Of a DNA stretch of 32,000 bases, positions 1 to 9,850 are shown one piece after another. Position 1 is the stretch's first letter, and each line of letters begins with the position of its first letter. The translations under genes and the position numbers were made by a program. Under the pieces are notes generated by a model that saw only the letters and a list, made by a program, of their open reading frames with translations, was not told where the DNA came from and did not search any database. Origin of the DNA: Polynucleobacter necessarius (GTDB lineage: Bacteria; Pseudomonadota; Gammaproteobacteria; Burkholderiales; Burkholderiaceae); NCBI RefSeq assembly GCF_900095195.1, contig NZ_LT606950.1, positions 1,311,946 through 1,343,945 on the forward strand, read 5' to 3'.

Positions 1-1741
1 TACTAAAGGTGCAGCGCTTGAGCAAACTGTTCAGGTAGCGCTGGAACTAACATTGAATAAGTTGCCTATTGCCAAAATGATGCACTACCAAGTGATACAA
101 AAAAATGGTCAATTAGTGGATGTGCAATTTGCACGCCCTGCGCATCGAATCATCGCTTTACATGGCAAAACCGTTTTGAATATTACCGGTCTTGGAATCG
201 CAGCCAGCAATCGAACAGAAGGCCATCGTTTCTTGGCTCCTGGCATAGTAACGATCTGTACTGCTGACCAATATGAGCACGACCTTCACAATAGGGCCAA
301 GGTTATTCCAAGTTTTGAAAAGCGCCGAGCACAAATTGAAAACTCTCTATTAAAAGCAGCGGGAGACGATTTTGTGCTGATGCCAGATACCCTCTTGGAT
401 GAAGTGACTGCCCTCGTCGAGTGGCCCGCTATTTATGAATGTCAGTTTGATCCTAAGTTCTTAGAAGTACCTCAGGAATGCCTAATATTGACGATGAAAA
501 CTAATCAAAAATATTTTGCCCTCACCGATAAGCAGGGTAAATTGCGCAATCGCTTTTTAATTGTTTCCAATATTGAAACCCCTACTCCAGCAGCAATTAT
601 TTCCGGTAATGAACGCGTAGTGCGTCCTAGACTATCCGATGCTCGGTTTTTCTTCCAACAAGACAAAAAGCGACCGCTCGCATCTCGCGTTACAGATCTA
701 GCCAAAGTGGTTTACCACAATCAACTTGGCAATCAACTCGACCGTACAAAGCGTGTACAAGCAATTGCGATTGGAGTTGCAAAACAACTCGTGGCAGATG
801 AAAAATTAGCAGGTCGCGCCGCAGAAATCGCTAAGACCGATTTGCTGACTGATATGGTTGGCGAGTTTCCAGAGCTACAAGGCATCATGGGGACCTACTA
901 TGCCAATTACGATGGCGAAGATTCCGAAGTGGCTGCCGCATGTAGTGAGCACTATATGCCACGTTTTGCAGGCGATGCCCTTCCTAAAACATCGACCGGA
1001 ACCATTCTTGCGATTGCAGACAAGTTAGAGACTTTAATTGGTATTTGGGGTGTAGGTTTAGCACCAACTGGCGATAAAGATCCCTATGCATTACGTCGTC
1101 ATGCGCTAGGTATCTGCAGACTGCTGCTAGAAAAAAATCTTCCCCTTAGTCTTCCAGAGCTAATTGATCTCGCCAAAGCACAATTCCCTCAAAAAGAAGT
1201 GCAAGAGAAGGTAGTTACGACAGATATCTACGATTTCATTATTGATCGTATGAGGGCTTATTTACGCGATCAATCCATAGGTGGCAAACCCTTCACCACA
1301 GCTGAGATTGACGCAGTATTGAGCCAATCGCCATCCCATTTAAATGACTTAATTGACCGTTTAACCGCCCTGCGGGAATTTAATGCGCTGCCTGAAGCAG
1401 TGCAATTAGCGGCAGCTAATAAACGAATTAGCAATATTCTCAAGAAAAATACTGTAGCTATTCCGCCGGCCTGCTCAAACAAACTTTTGCAAATTCCAGC
1501 GGAAGTTGCTGTTTTCAAAACACTAGAGGAAGTTGGTCCAACCCTGAGTGCCGCTTATGACAAACGTCAATTTGTTGAATTTCTCAGGGCACTTGTCGCG
1601 CTAAGCGCTCCAATTGATCAGTTCTTTGCGGATGTCATGGTTATGGACCCCAATCCTGAACTACGTGATAACCGTTTGGCGCTTTTGCAACAACTCCATC
1701 AAAAAATGAATCTCATTGCTGATATCGGCAAATTGGCATGA
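1..1741 (+). CDS. glyS: glycyl-tRNA synthetase beta subunit, 3' ~580 codons (5' end lies outside the window)
   Basis: The frame of nt 2 is open from the window edge to TGA at 1739-1741. The ORF-track start at 53 is an internal TTG. The sequence is GlyS-like throughout (EHYMPRFAGD, DPYALRR, C-terminal anticodon-binding-like region). The ATGA overlap with the next gene is typical of glyS-gmhB. Confidence 0.9.
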   Translation, partial: TKGAALEQTVQVALELTLNKLPIAKMMHYQVIQKNGQLVDVQFARPAHRIIALHGKTVLNITGLGIAASNRTEGHRFLAPGIVTICTADQYEHDLHNRAKVIPSFEKRRAQIENSLLKAAGDDFVLMPDTLLDEVTALVEWPAIYECQFDPKFLEVPQECLILTMKTNQKYFALTDKQGKLRNRFLIVSNIETPTPAAIISGNERVVRPRLSDARFFFQQDKKRPLASRVTDLAKVVYHNQLGNQLDRTKRVQAIAIGVAKQLVADEKLAGRAAEIAKTDLLTDMVGEFPELQGIMGTYYANYDGEDSEVAAACSEHYMPRFAGDALPKTSTGTILAIADKLETLIGIWGVGLAPTGDKDPYALRRHALGICRLLLEKNLPLSLPELIDLAKAQFPQKEVQEKVVTTDIYDFIIDRMRAYLRDQSIGGKPFTTAEIDAVLSQSPSHLNDLIDRLTALREFNALPEAVQLAAANKRISNILKKNTVAIPPACSNKLLQIPAEVAVFKTLEEVGPTLSAAYDKRQFVEFLRALVALSAPIDQFFADVMVMDPNPELRDNRLALLQQLHQKMNLIADIGKLA

Positions 1742-2316
1742 GCGCTAGCTCCTCTAAGCTGATTATTTTTGATCGCGATGGCGTGATTAATGAAGATCGA
1801 GATGACTATGTAAAATCGGTGGATGAATGGATTCCACTTCCTGGCAGTCTAGAAGCGATAGCACTTCTCAATCAAGCAGGCTATCAAATTGCCATCGCCA
1901 CGAATCAGTCTGGCCTTGCAAGAGGCTATTTCACCATCAACGATTTACATGCAATGCACAGCAAAATGGAGCGGCTGCTACAGCCCCTCGGCGGAAAAAT
2001 CGATAGCATTTTCTTCTGTCCCCACACAGATGCTCATGCATGTGATTGCCGCAAGCCTGCGCCAGGCCTGATGAAAGAAATTGCACTGCGGTACAAAAAA
2101 TTGAGCAGCACGCAACCTTTATTAGATGTCCCTATTGTGGGAGACTCTCTAAGGGATCTTGAGGCAGGGATAGCGCTTGGTGCCGCACCGCACTTAGTAC
2201 TGACCGGGAAAGGTCAAAAGACCTTGGCGAAAGGCAACTTGCCTGAAGGAACACAAATTCATGCAGATCTCATGGCTTTTGCCATCTGGCTATTAAACAA
2301 TCAAATCCAAAATTGA
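1738..2316 (+). CDS. gmhB: D-glycero-beta-D-manno-heptose-1,7-bisphosphate 7-phosphatase (HAD family)
   Basis: 192 aa with the HAD motif I FDRDGVIN, a Cys-rich Zn-loop (FFCPHTDAHACDCRKP) and GDSLRD. It sits directly after glyS as in many proteobacteria. Confidence 0.85.
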   Translation: MSASSSKLIIFDRDGVINEDRDDYVKSVDEWIPLPGSLEAIALLNQAGYQIAIATNQSGLARGYFTINDLHAMHSKMERLLQPLGGKIDSIFFCPHTDAHACDCRKPAPGLMKEIALRYKKLSSTQPLLDVPIVGDSLRDLEAGIALGAAPHLVLTGKGQKTLAKGNLPEGTQIHADLMAFAIWLLNNQIQN

Positions 2317-2317
2317 T

Positions 2318-3052
2318 ATGGTCTTGATACGATCCGCCCTATTTAGCTTATTTATCGTTATTTTCACGCCAATTTGGTCGGTATTGTGTATGGTTACCTT
2401 TCCATTTCTAAGCCCCGAAAATCGCTACAACTTCATTGGTACCTGGAACAAAGTAGTCATTTGGCTATTGTGGCATCTCTGTGGAATTCATTATGAGATT
2501 CGTGGCATGGAGCATATGCGAGCAGCGCTAGACTTACCAGTTGTTATTTTGAGTAAACATCAGTCTGCTTACGAAACGATTGCCTACATAGCACTACTTC
2601 CCAAACAACTTCACTTCGTTTTTAAGCGTGAACTACTTTGGATTCCATTCTTTGGCTGGGCGCTGGCTTTGCTGAAGATGATTCACATTAATCGCGCAAA
2701 TAAACAGACTGCAGCACTATCGGTTGCCAGCCAAGGACGCGAAAGGCTCAGCGAGGGTAAGTGGATCATGCTTTTTCCCGAGGGGACCAGAACCCCAAGA
2801 GGCTCTACCAAACCCTATCGCAAAGGAGGGGCCCGTCTTGCTAGCGCCACCGGCGCCTTTGTCATTCCCATTGCTCATAATGCTGGGATATGCTGGCCCA
2901 AAAATAGCTTTCTGAAAATTCCAGGAACCGTTATTTTTTCAATCGGCCCGGCTATTTCCTCTGCTGGAAAATCTGGGGAAGAGTTACAACAAGAGGTTGA
3001 AAATTGGATCGAGACCGAAATGCGCGTCATTGATCCAAGCGCCTACAGATAG
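2318..3052 (+). CDS. plsC: 1-acyl-sn-glycerol-3-phosphate acyltransferase
   Basis: 244 aa with an N-terminal TM segment, the acyltransferase motifs HQSAYE (HX4D/E type) and FPEGTR, and conserved glyS-gmhB-plsC order. Confidence 0.8.
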   Translation: MVLIRSALFSLFIVIFTPIWSVLCMVTFPFLSPENRYNFIGTWNKVVIWLLWHLCGIHYEIRGMEHMRAALDLPVVILSKHQSAYETIAYIALLPKQLHFVFKRELLWIPFFGWALALLKMIHINRANKQTAALSVASQGRERLSEGKWIMLFPEGTRTPRGSTKPYRKGGARLASATGAFVIPIAHNAGICWPKNSFLKIPGTVIFSIGPAISSAGKSGEELQQEVENWIETEMRVIDPSAYR

Positions 3053-3071
3053 TACAAACAAAGAATGGGCA

Positions 3072-3848
3072 TTAAGAATCTAAAAGCCTTGCCCATTCAA
3101 TATAGCGCTCTACTGAAATATCTTGGGCTCTTGCTTTAAGCTCATCATCCGTTAATTTCAACCGATCTGCAAAAGCCTGAAGGTTCGTGCGCAACATTTT
3201 TCTTCTCTGAGAAAAGGCTGCCGCTACCAATTGCTCTAATGCACTCCATTGCGGCTTGGTTAAATCAAAATACTTTTTTGGAATCATTCGCACTACTGCC
3301 GAATTTACCTTGGGTGCTGGCTCAAAGGCCTCAGGCGGCACTTCCAAAACGAGCTCCATGTCATAACGCGCTTGGAGCATCACTGAAAGTCTGCTGAAGT
3401 CCGAGCTTCCAGCCTGGGCCACTAATCTTTCAACCACCTCTGCTTGCAGCATAAATACCTGCTCATCAATATCTGCTGCGGCAGTCATTAAATGAAAAAG
3501 TAATGGTGAAGAAATGTTGTAAGGTAAGTTTCCAACCACCTTACATAATCCTATTTTGGATTTCCGATCTCGAGCCCATGATTGAAAATCAAACTTGAGC
3601 GCATTACCCTCAATAATGGTCAGTCCGATTAAATTTTCATGTTGCCAATATGACACCAGATCGCGATCAATCTCCAGAAGATCAAGCTGACTAAGGCCAC
3701 TTAGCAAAGGTCTTGTTAATGCCCCCAGTCCCGGACCAATTTCAATCACATGCATATCTGGATTAGGATTGATCAAGGAAATAATTGAATAAATGATGCC
3801 CTGATCTTGTAAAAAATTTTGTCCAAAACGTTTTCTAGCCCGATGCAT
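3072..3848 (-). CDS. rsmA: 16S rRNA (adenine1518/1519-N6)-dimethyltransferase
   Basis: 258 aa with RKRFGQNFL at the N-terminus, the SAM-binding VIEIGPGLGALT motif and NLPYNISSP. It is the last gene of the lptD-surA-pdxA-rsmA cluster. Confidence 0.9.
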   Translation of the reverse strand: MHRARKRFGQNFLQDQGIIYSIISLINPNPDMHVIEIGPGLGALTRPLLSGLSQLDLLEIDRDLVSYWQHENLIGLTIIEGNALKFDFQSWARDRKSKIGLCKVVGNLPYNISSPLLFHLMTAAADIDEQVFMLQAEVVERLVAQAGSSDFSRLSVMLQARYDMELVLEVPPEAFEPAPKVNSAVVRMIPKKYFDLTKPQWSALEQLVAAAFSQRRKMLRTNLQAFADRLKLTDDELKARAQDISVERYIEWARLLDS

Positions 3849-3851
3849 AAA

Positions 3852-4859
3852 TTAGGCAGCCTTTTTTTGAAGCGCCCATTGATATGCTAGACATATTGCC
3901 TCGAACATTGATCCCGAATCTGCAGCCCCTTTACCAGCAATATCTAAGGCAGTGCCGTGATCTACTGAAGTACGAATAATGGGCAATCCTAGAGTCACGT
4001 TAACACCACCGCCAAACGTCGCAAACTTAAATGGCGCTAGACCTTGGTCGTGATACATCGCAATATAAGCATCCACCATATCCAAAGAGGCCGCATCAAA
4101 CATCCTATCGCCAGGGTAGGGGCCATGCACATGGATTCTAAGCACTCTGGCAGACTTAATTGCTGGAGCAATAATATCAATCTCCTCCCTGCCCAAATAA
4201 CCAGACTCTCCCGCATGAGGGTTTAGACCTGCCATACGAATGACAGGATTCAAAATACCAAATTTATTACGTAAATCACTGTGCACTATCTGAATGGTAT
4301 CCAGGAGATACTTCTGAGTTAGCGTGGCAGAAGCTGCTTTTAAGGGAACATGGGTAGTCGCTAAGGCAACTCGCAATTGTCTTGGCGCCCGCAAGCCTAA
4401 AGCACCCTTTTGTAAGATTGCGCATAACATCATCACAACGTGCCTCACATGACAACGTTCAGCCAAATATTCGGTATGCCCAGTAAATGGAATATCGGCT
4501 ATGTTCAAAATGCTCTTTCGGACAGGTGCCGTGACCATGGCATCAAAACGCTTGCTCAAACAACCATCAATCGCTTGATTCAAAGTACTAATAACGTATT
4601 GCGCATTTTTCTCATTGAGAAGTCCAACCTGATTAGGAGCCTGCAATGGAATTTCTTGGATTTGTAGTCGATCAGATAAAAAATGTTAATTCTTATCCAC
4701 CGCCCTGAGTAAAGAGGGGTCGCCAATCAAGGTAATGGCTACTCCAGACTGCTCCGCCAGGAACCGTTGTGCAGCAACTACCGACACCTCAAGACCAACA
4801 CCAGCAGGCTCGCCGGTAGTAATCGCTAAACTAACGAGGGGCGCTTGTAGCTGCATCAT
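3852..4859 (-). pseudogene. pdxA: 4-hydroxythreonine-4-phosphate dehydrogenase, interrupted by an in-frame TAA at codon 58
   Basis: A single frame of 336 codons runs from ATGATG (4859..4854) to the stop at 3852. The N-terminal part reads MMQLQAPLVSLAITTGEPAGVG...AVDKN, followed by TAA (minus-strand codon 4688..4686), followed by HFLSDRLQIQEIPLQAPNQVG in the same frame. The ORF track shows only the downstream 264 aa from an internal TTG. The conserved PVHK motif reads PVRK. Confidence 0.85.
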
Positions 4860-6285
4860 CCACATTCAAGATTTTGACAGTAGCAGTATCCCTTAATTCA
4901 CGCAACCAATCTTGATAAGTCTGCTCAAATTTTCTTTCCCGAATTCTAGCTTTTGCAAACTCTCGCTGCTTCTCAACAGTCAACTGAGCTTCACGACGCT
5001 CAAGAACCTGAATCAAATGCCAACCAAATTCGGTTTTAACAGGATTGCTAACCTCGCCAATTTGCAAACGATTCATGGCTTGCTCAAATTCTGGAACTAG
5101 ATCACCAGGCCCCATCCAACCAAGACTACCGCCATTAGATGCAGATCCATCTTCAGAATACTTTTTCGCAAGCTCACCAAAGTCAGCAGTCTTTGCGCGC
5201 ACTTGATCACGATAGCCAGCAAGCCGACGCTCAGCATCCTGATCAGTCAAGCCTGCTCGATTGCGCAACAAGATATGCCGTGCCATGGTTTGAGTTATAG
5301 GAATATTTTGTGGTGTTGATGGGGTAGCTTCTTGTAAAGCTGCCTGAGATTGAGAGGCAGGCGCTACAACCGCCGCACGACGATCCATTACCTTTAGGAC
5401 ATGGTAGCCGGCAGGGCTCTTTACTACAGCATTGGCAACTTGACCGCCACCAGTATTGCGAATAGCATCATAAAATATTTGCGGCAACCGATCTGGAGTG
5501 CGATAACCTAAATCCTGAAATTTAATTTTTGGATTATCTTTTGCTGCAAGCGCCCCAAGCTGTAAAAAATCAGCATCTCCTTTGGCATCTCGCAGTAATT
5601 TGTCCGCCTGTCTCTTGGCCTCCGCTTGAGCACCAGCACCTCCTTCGGCAGGGATAAAAATTTGAGCCACATCGATCTCCTCAATCTCCCCCTTGGCAGC
5701 AGGAGTTGAACGAGTTGCGCCAACACCACTCAAAGATCGATTTCTTTCTGTAATGAAGTTATCAATTTCTGCATCAGAAATTTTAATCTTAGCCCCCACC
5801 TCACGCTCACGATAACGACTAACAGCTATATCGTCTCGCAGCATTTGCTTATATCTTTCAAAAGAAGTGCCAGATGAGACCACTTTCTCTTTAAACTCCG
5901 CATAGGTAAGTTTGTTTTTAGCAGCGATATCACTAATAATTTTTTCAAGCTCTTTATTGGTGACCGTTAAACCTTCCTGCTCTGCGTTTTGCAGCTGAAT
6001 TTTCTCAATAATCAAACGTTCAAGAATAATTTTTCTCAAAGAGGCATCGTCAGGTATTTTAGTTCCCTGCTTTTTCACTGCAGCAATTCGATCATCAATT
6101 TCTTTGCGAGTGACATAACCTGTATTGACTACTGCCGCTATCCCATCAATGTTGCGGACTTTACTATCCAAAACCGTTCCCGATTTTGCGACATCTTGGG
6201 CGTTTACAAAATTTGCGAAGACAGCGATAACCACCCAGAAAATGGTGCAAACAAACGACTTCAAATCAAATCTACAAAACATCAT
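4831..6285 (-). CDS. surA: periplasmic chaperone / peptidyl-prolyl isomerase SurA
   Basis: 484 aa with a signal peptide (…FANFVNAQD), a SurA N-domain and two parvulin-like PPIase regions (FGWHLIQVLERR). It has a 4-nt overlap with the lptD stop and sits in the conserved lptD-surA position. Confidence 0.85.
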   Translation of the reverse strand: MMFCRFDLKSFVCTIFWVVIAVFANFVNAQDVAKSGTVLDSKVRNIDGIAAVVNTGYVTRKEIDDRIAAVKKQGTKIPDDASLRKIILERLIIEKIQLQNAEQEGLTVTNKELEKIISDIAAKNKLTYAEFKEKVVSSGTSFERYKQMLRDDIAVSRYREREVGAKIKISDAEIDNFITERNRSLSGVGATRSTPAAKGEIEEIDVAQIFIPAEGGAGAQAEAKRQADKLLRDAKGDADFLQLGALAAKDNPKIKFQDLGYRTPDRLPQIFYDAIRNTGGGQVANAVVKSPAGYHVLKVMDRRAAVVAPASQSQAALQEATPSTPQNIPITQTMARHILLRNRAGLTDQDAERRLAGYRDQVRAKTADFGELAKKYSEDGSASNGGSLGWMGPGDLVPEFEQAMNRLQIGEVSNPVKTEFGWHLIQVLERREAQLTVEKQREFAKARIRERKFEQTYQDWLRELRDTATVKILNVDDAATSAPR

Positions 6286-8804
6286 TGATAGTTCTCATAA
6301 ATGGAAGGGGGAATCGGTTCTGAGGTTGGCAAATACCCAGGAACATTTAACTTCATGATATCAACTGGATTACTTCCGGCACTAGCAAAACCCCTAAATT
6401 CAATCTGAAAAAGCACCTGGGTAGTTGTAATAATGGAGGTATTAACTGCTTGTGTATAAGCCCCTCGAAAAGTCCAGCAATCTCGAGTCCACTCCAAGCC
6501 CACTAGGGTATTTAATGTTCTAGTTGTCAATGCATCATAACCCCAGCGCCCAAGTAATGAAACCTCTCGGGTCAATGGCCATTGACCGGATATGTTGTAT
6601 TGGTCAGTAGTGGTAGCAGAGGGGGTATAAGTTTGATTATTTTGAGCTGATGCTTGAATTGGGGGTGACCAAACATTACGGTATCCAAAATTCAAACTTC
6701 TTCCTGGTGTGGGGCGCCAACTTGCTCCTACAGTTGTCTGCACAAAGCGATTTAATTGTGTGTTGTACTGCCCAAACATATCAGCACTAAAGTTACCTAG
6801 CAATCGAACAGAAGCGGAGCCCAAAGTATCCGAATAGGTCGTTGGGCTAACAATGTTTCCATTAAGCCCAACCTTCTGCCCCGTAAATTGCTGTTTTTGG
6901 GCCAATGTCACATTAGCACGTTCCGCACCAGTATTCGCCTCAATCATGCGACTAGTTAGGCCCAAGGTCGCAGCATTAGTGTCAGCAACACGATCATTAC
7001 CAATAAAAGTATTGGCAGTAAAAATTTGTGAAACGCCAAAACCAGCATCAGCAGTATCAAAGATCGGCGTATTTGCCTGACTTTGGTATGGCGTGAACGC
7101 ATAAAATGCTCTGGGCTCCATCGTCAGCAACATGTCTCGCCCAAAAAATCCTTTTAACTCAGAAACATCTCTCTCAAAAGCCATCCCAGAATCCAGACTA
7201 AATGTCGGAATCATAAAGCCCTGAGCCACTGGTACGCTTCCCGAAACATAAGGTGTTGCATTGTAAGTATTCGACTGAAAGCTAACTGTTGGCGTAATGT
7301 AATATCCGGGTGTAATTTGTGGCAGAGATAAGGCGCCCTTGACTACTGTTCTGTCTGCTTGCGTATAGGCCCCAGGAGGCGGCGCATTGAAGTTGCTACC
7401 TAAGGCATAAGCAAAATGTGTGTAATCCGTGGAGAACGTTGTCTTTAACCCCGTAGGTAAAGCCAAATATTTACCACTAGCATCTGAAACAACTGGACTT
7501 AACTGACTGTTATATGCGGCAGTTATATTTGGCAAGATATTATATGGCGCTTGGACTAAATTATTCGGATCTGGTTGTAATGTTTGGAAATTGGCAACTT
7601 TTGCTCCCACCACCCAATTACTTAATTCGCCAGTTAGCTGTATGGCTGTACCAGCCTCTTGTCGAAATTGACTGGTTACTTGGCCTGCAATATTTTGCGA
7701 AAAATTCGTGGGATAGAGACTGTCCGATACACGTGCCATATTGACATAACCACTCCACGAGCCAGGCAATGGCACCCCACCAGGACCTACCCCACCAGTA
7801 AATATTTGGCGTTGCTGCCAATCGTACTTCCATCGATTCGTGCCAGTTTGCTCGTCGTAGGGCAAATACTCGCCCGTTGCAACACCAGAATATTCCCTTT
7901 CTAAGAAACGATAAGAAGCTCCCAACATAAAACCGCGATGGTTCATTTCACGCGGCAATAAAAGCAAATCGCGATTGGGCGCAATATTGACATAATATGA
8001 AACGGTAACATCTAAACCGTTGTTAGAGTTAGAGCCAACAACTGGAGCCAATAAACCTGTTCTACGCTTCCCCGATGTAGGCGCAGTGAAATATGGCACA
8101 TATGCAATAGGCACATCAAAGAAACGCATTACACCGTGAGTGCCCACTATTTCTTTTTGCTCGTTATCAATCTCCAAGCTGCTTGCCGCGAAATACCAGT
8201 CCATGTTCTCTGGAGTACAGGTTGTGTATATGGCCTTATCAAATATGAAAATATCGGAGTTTTCAACCGTTAATTTTTTAGCTGAGCCATTTCCACGTGT
8301 ATCGCGCAACTCATAAGTCGGGGTCTCCATAAAGCCTTCACGTGCATCTACCTTGAATTGTCCTTTTGGCCCTTTAAAAATCGTATTGCCTTTTGACAGT
8401 TCTGCATTACCAAGTAAATCAGCAATATCAGTATCGGGGTTGTATGTAATTTCATCAGCTTTCAGAACGGCGCCATTGCGACGAATTTGTGCTCGCCCCT
8501 TAAGGTGCATATCTCGATCAACGACACCATCGATTACATCGCTTGAGATAAAAATGAGAGCATCGCCATCAGCTATCGGTTTGCCTACCCGCAATTGATC
8601 GTCAAGCTTGAGAACAGTGACATTGCCTCGGTCAGGCAGTAATGTGAAATTTTGCGTTGCCTGGGAAACTGGAGGAGGAGCTGCAGGCGCTTGAGCACTT
8701 GCCTCGAGCGCCACTGGAAACACTGCCACCCCCATCAGTAAGCGCAGGGTTACGACCAAAAAAAGAGGGGCGCGAAAGCCGGCGCGACGGCGATAATGAC
8801 TCAT
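6282..8804 (-). CDS. lptD: LPS-assembly outer-membrane protein LptD
   Basis: 840 aa with a signal peptide, an OstA-like N-terminal domain and a long beta-barrel-type, Gly/Tyr/Asn-rich C-terminal region. It lies upstream of surA as in E. coli and Pseudomonas. Confidence 0.9.
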   Translation of the reverse strand: MSHYRRRAGFRAPLFLVVTLRLLMGVAVFPVALEASAQAPAAPPPVSQATQNFTLLPDRGNVTVLKLDDQLRVGKPIADGDALIFISSDVIDGVVDRDMHLKGRAQIRRNGAVLKADEITYNPDTDIADLLGNAELSKGNTIFKGPKGQFKVDAREGFMETPTYELRDTRGNGSAKKLTVENSDIFIFDKAIYTTCTPENMDWYFAASSLEIDNEQKEIVGTHGVMRFFDVPIAYVPYFTAPTSGKRRTGLLAPVVGSNSNNGLDVTVSYYVNIAPNRDLLLLPREMNHRGFMLGASYRFLEREYSGVATGEYLPYDEQTGTNRWKYDWQQRQIFTGGVGPGGVPLPGSWSGYVNMARVSDSLYPTNFSQNIAGQVTSQFRQEAGTAIQLTGELSNWVVGAKVANFQTLQPDPNNLVQAPYNILPNITAAYNSQLSPVVSDASGKYLALPTGLKTTFSTDYTHFAYALGSNFNAPPPGAYTQADRTVVKGALSLPQITPGYYITPTVSFQSNTYNATPYVSGSVPVAQGFMIPTFSLDSGMAFERDVSELKGFFGRDMLLTMEPRAFYAFTPYQSQANTPIFDTADAGFGVSQIFTANTFIGNDRVADTNAATLGLTSRMIEANTGAERANVTLAQKQQFTGQKVGLNGNIVSPTTYSDTLGSASVRLLGNFSADMFGQYNTQLNRFVQTTVGASWRPTPGRSLNFGYRNVWSPPIQASAQNNQTYTPSATTTDQYNISGQWPLTREVSLLGRWGYDALTTRTLNTLVGLEWTRDCWTFRGAYTQAVNTSIITTTQVLFQIEFRGFASAGSNPVDIMKLNVPGYLPTSEPIPPSIYENYQ

Positions 8805-8836
8805 GGATCCAGACCCGCTTATTATACTAACCGACC

Positions 8837-9841
8837 ATGACTGACTCTCGCTTAAATACCCTCCGCAACTGGCTAAAAGGCCTCCAGCCTAACTGGCAAT
8901 TAGACCTAGATACATTAACCCCGGCATCGGCAGATGCTAGCTTTCGACGTTATTTCCGCATTCAGTCAAAAACCCCCATTTTTGGCACCTTCATCATCAT
9001 GGATGCGCCACCCCAACATGAGCCATTAAACGCCTTCATTCAGGTCGATTTACTGCTCTCAAAGGCCGGCTTGAATGTCCCCAAAATTTTAGAACAGAAT
9101 ATTGCCGAAGGTTTTCTTTTGTTGAATGATCTTGGCAATGAAACTTACCTTACAAAACTAAACGCTGAAACTGCAGCTCATCTGTATCAGGATGCGACAC
9201 ATGCATTAATTCAAATGCAGCTAGCTAGCAAGCCAGATGTTTTACCAAATTATGATGCAGCCCTTTTACAACGGGAGCTAGATTTATTCCCAGAGTGGTA
9301 CTTACAGAAACATCTCGGTATCGAATTAACTGGTGTGCAACAAAAACAACTGAATGATTCATTTGCGCTGATTATTGAAAATAATTTAGCGCAGACAAAG
9401 GTGTATGTACACCGCGACTACCACTCGCGAAATCTCATGGTGACAAAAGAAAATAATCCAGGTGTTTTGGATTTTCAAGATGCAGTGTATGGTCCGATTA
9501 CCTATGACGCCGCCTCGTTATGGCGCGATGCCTACACCGCGTGGCCAGAAGAAAAGGTGATTGATTGGATGGTTAAATTCTGGGAGCAAGGCCGCAAAGC
9601 GGGTCTTACAATGCCCGAGGATTTTGGACAGTTCTATCGTGACTTTGAATGGATGGGCTTACAGCGTCACCTTAAAGTTCTTGGAATTTTTGCCAGATTA
9701 TTTCACCGTGATGATAAAGATGGTTATTTAAAAGATATTCCCTTAGTTTTGGAATATGCCATTGCAACCGCAAATCGTTATATAGAACTTAAGCCGCTCG
9801 CCAGAATCTTAGAGTCAACTCGCGACGATAAAGTCAGCTAG
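8837..9841 (+). CDS. amgK: aminoglycoside-phosphotransferase-fold kinase, probable N-acetylmuramate/N-acetylglucosamine anomeric kinase
   Basis: 334 aa with the APH/choline-kinase catalytic motif (VHRDYHSRNLM, DFQD). It is divergent from lptD and followed by a nucleotidyltransferase, the same arrangement as Pseudomonas amgK-murU next to lptD-surA-pdxA-ksgA. Confidence 0.65.
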   Translation: MTDSRLNTLRNWLKGLQPNWQLDLDTLTPASADASFRRYFRIQSKTPIFGTFIIMDAPPQHEPLNAFIQVDLLLSKAGLNVPKILEQNIAEGFLLLNDLGNETYLTKLNAETAAHLYQDATHALIQMQLASKPDVLPNYDAALLQRELDLFPEWYLQKHLGIELTGVQQKQLNDSFALIIENNLAQTKVYVHRDYHSRNLMVTKENNPGVLDFQDAVYGPITYDAASLWRDAYTAWPEEKVIDWMVKFWEQGRKAGLTMPEDFGQFYRDFEWMGLQRHLKVLGIFARLFHRDDKDGYLKDIPLVLEYAIATANRYIELKPLARILESTRDDKVS

Positions 9842-9850
9842 ACGTATGCC

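Noticed and set aside
7514-7904. Cluster of 70-80-aa ORFs on both strands inside lptD (7514..7744+, 7618..7833-, 7659..7904+); also 6853..7080+ and 8353..8598+
   Set aside because: They lie entirely within the well-supported 840-aa lptD frame, have no recognisable motifs and no start context. They are chance ORFs in a long gene.
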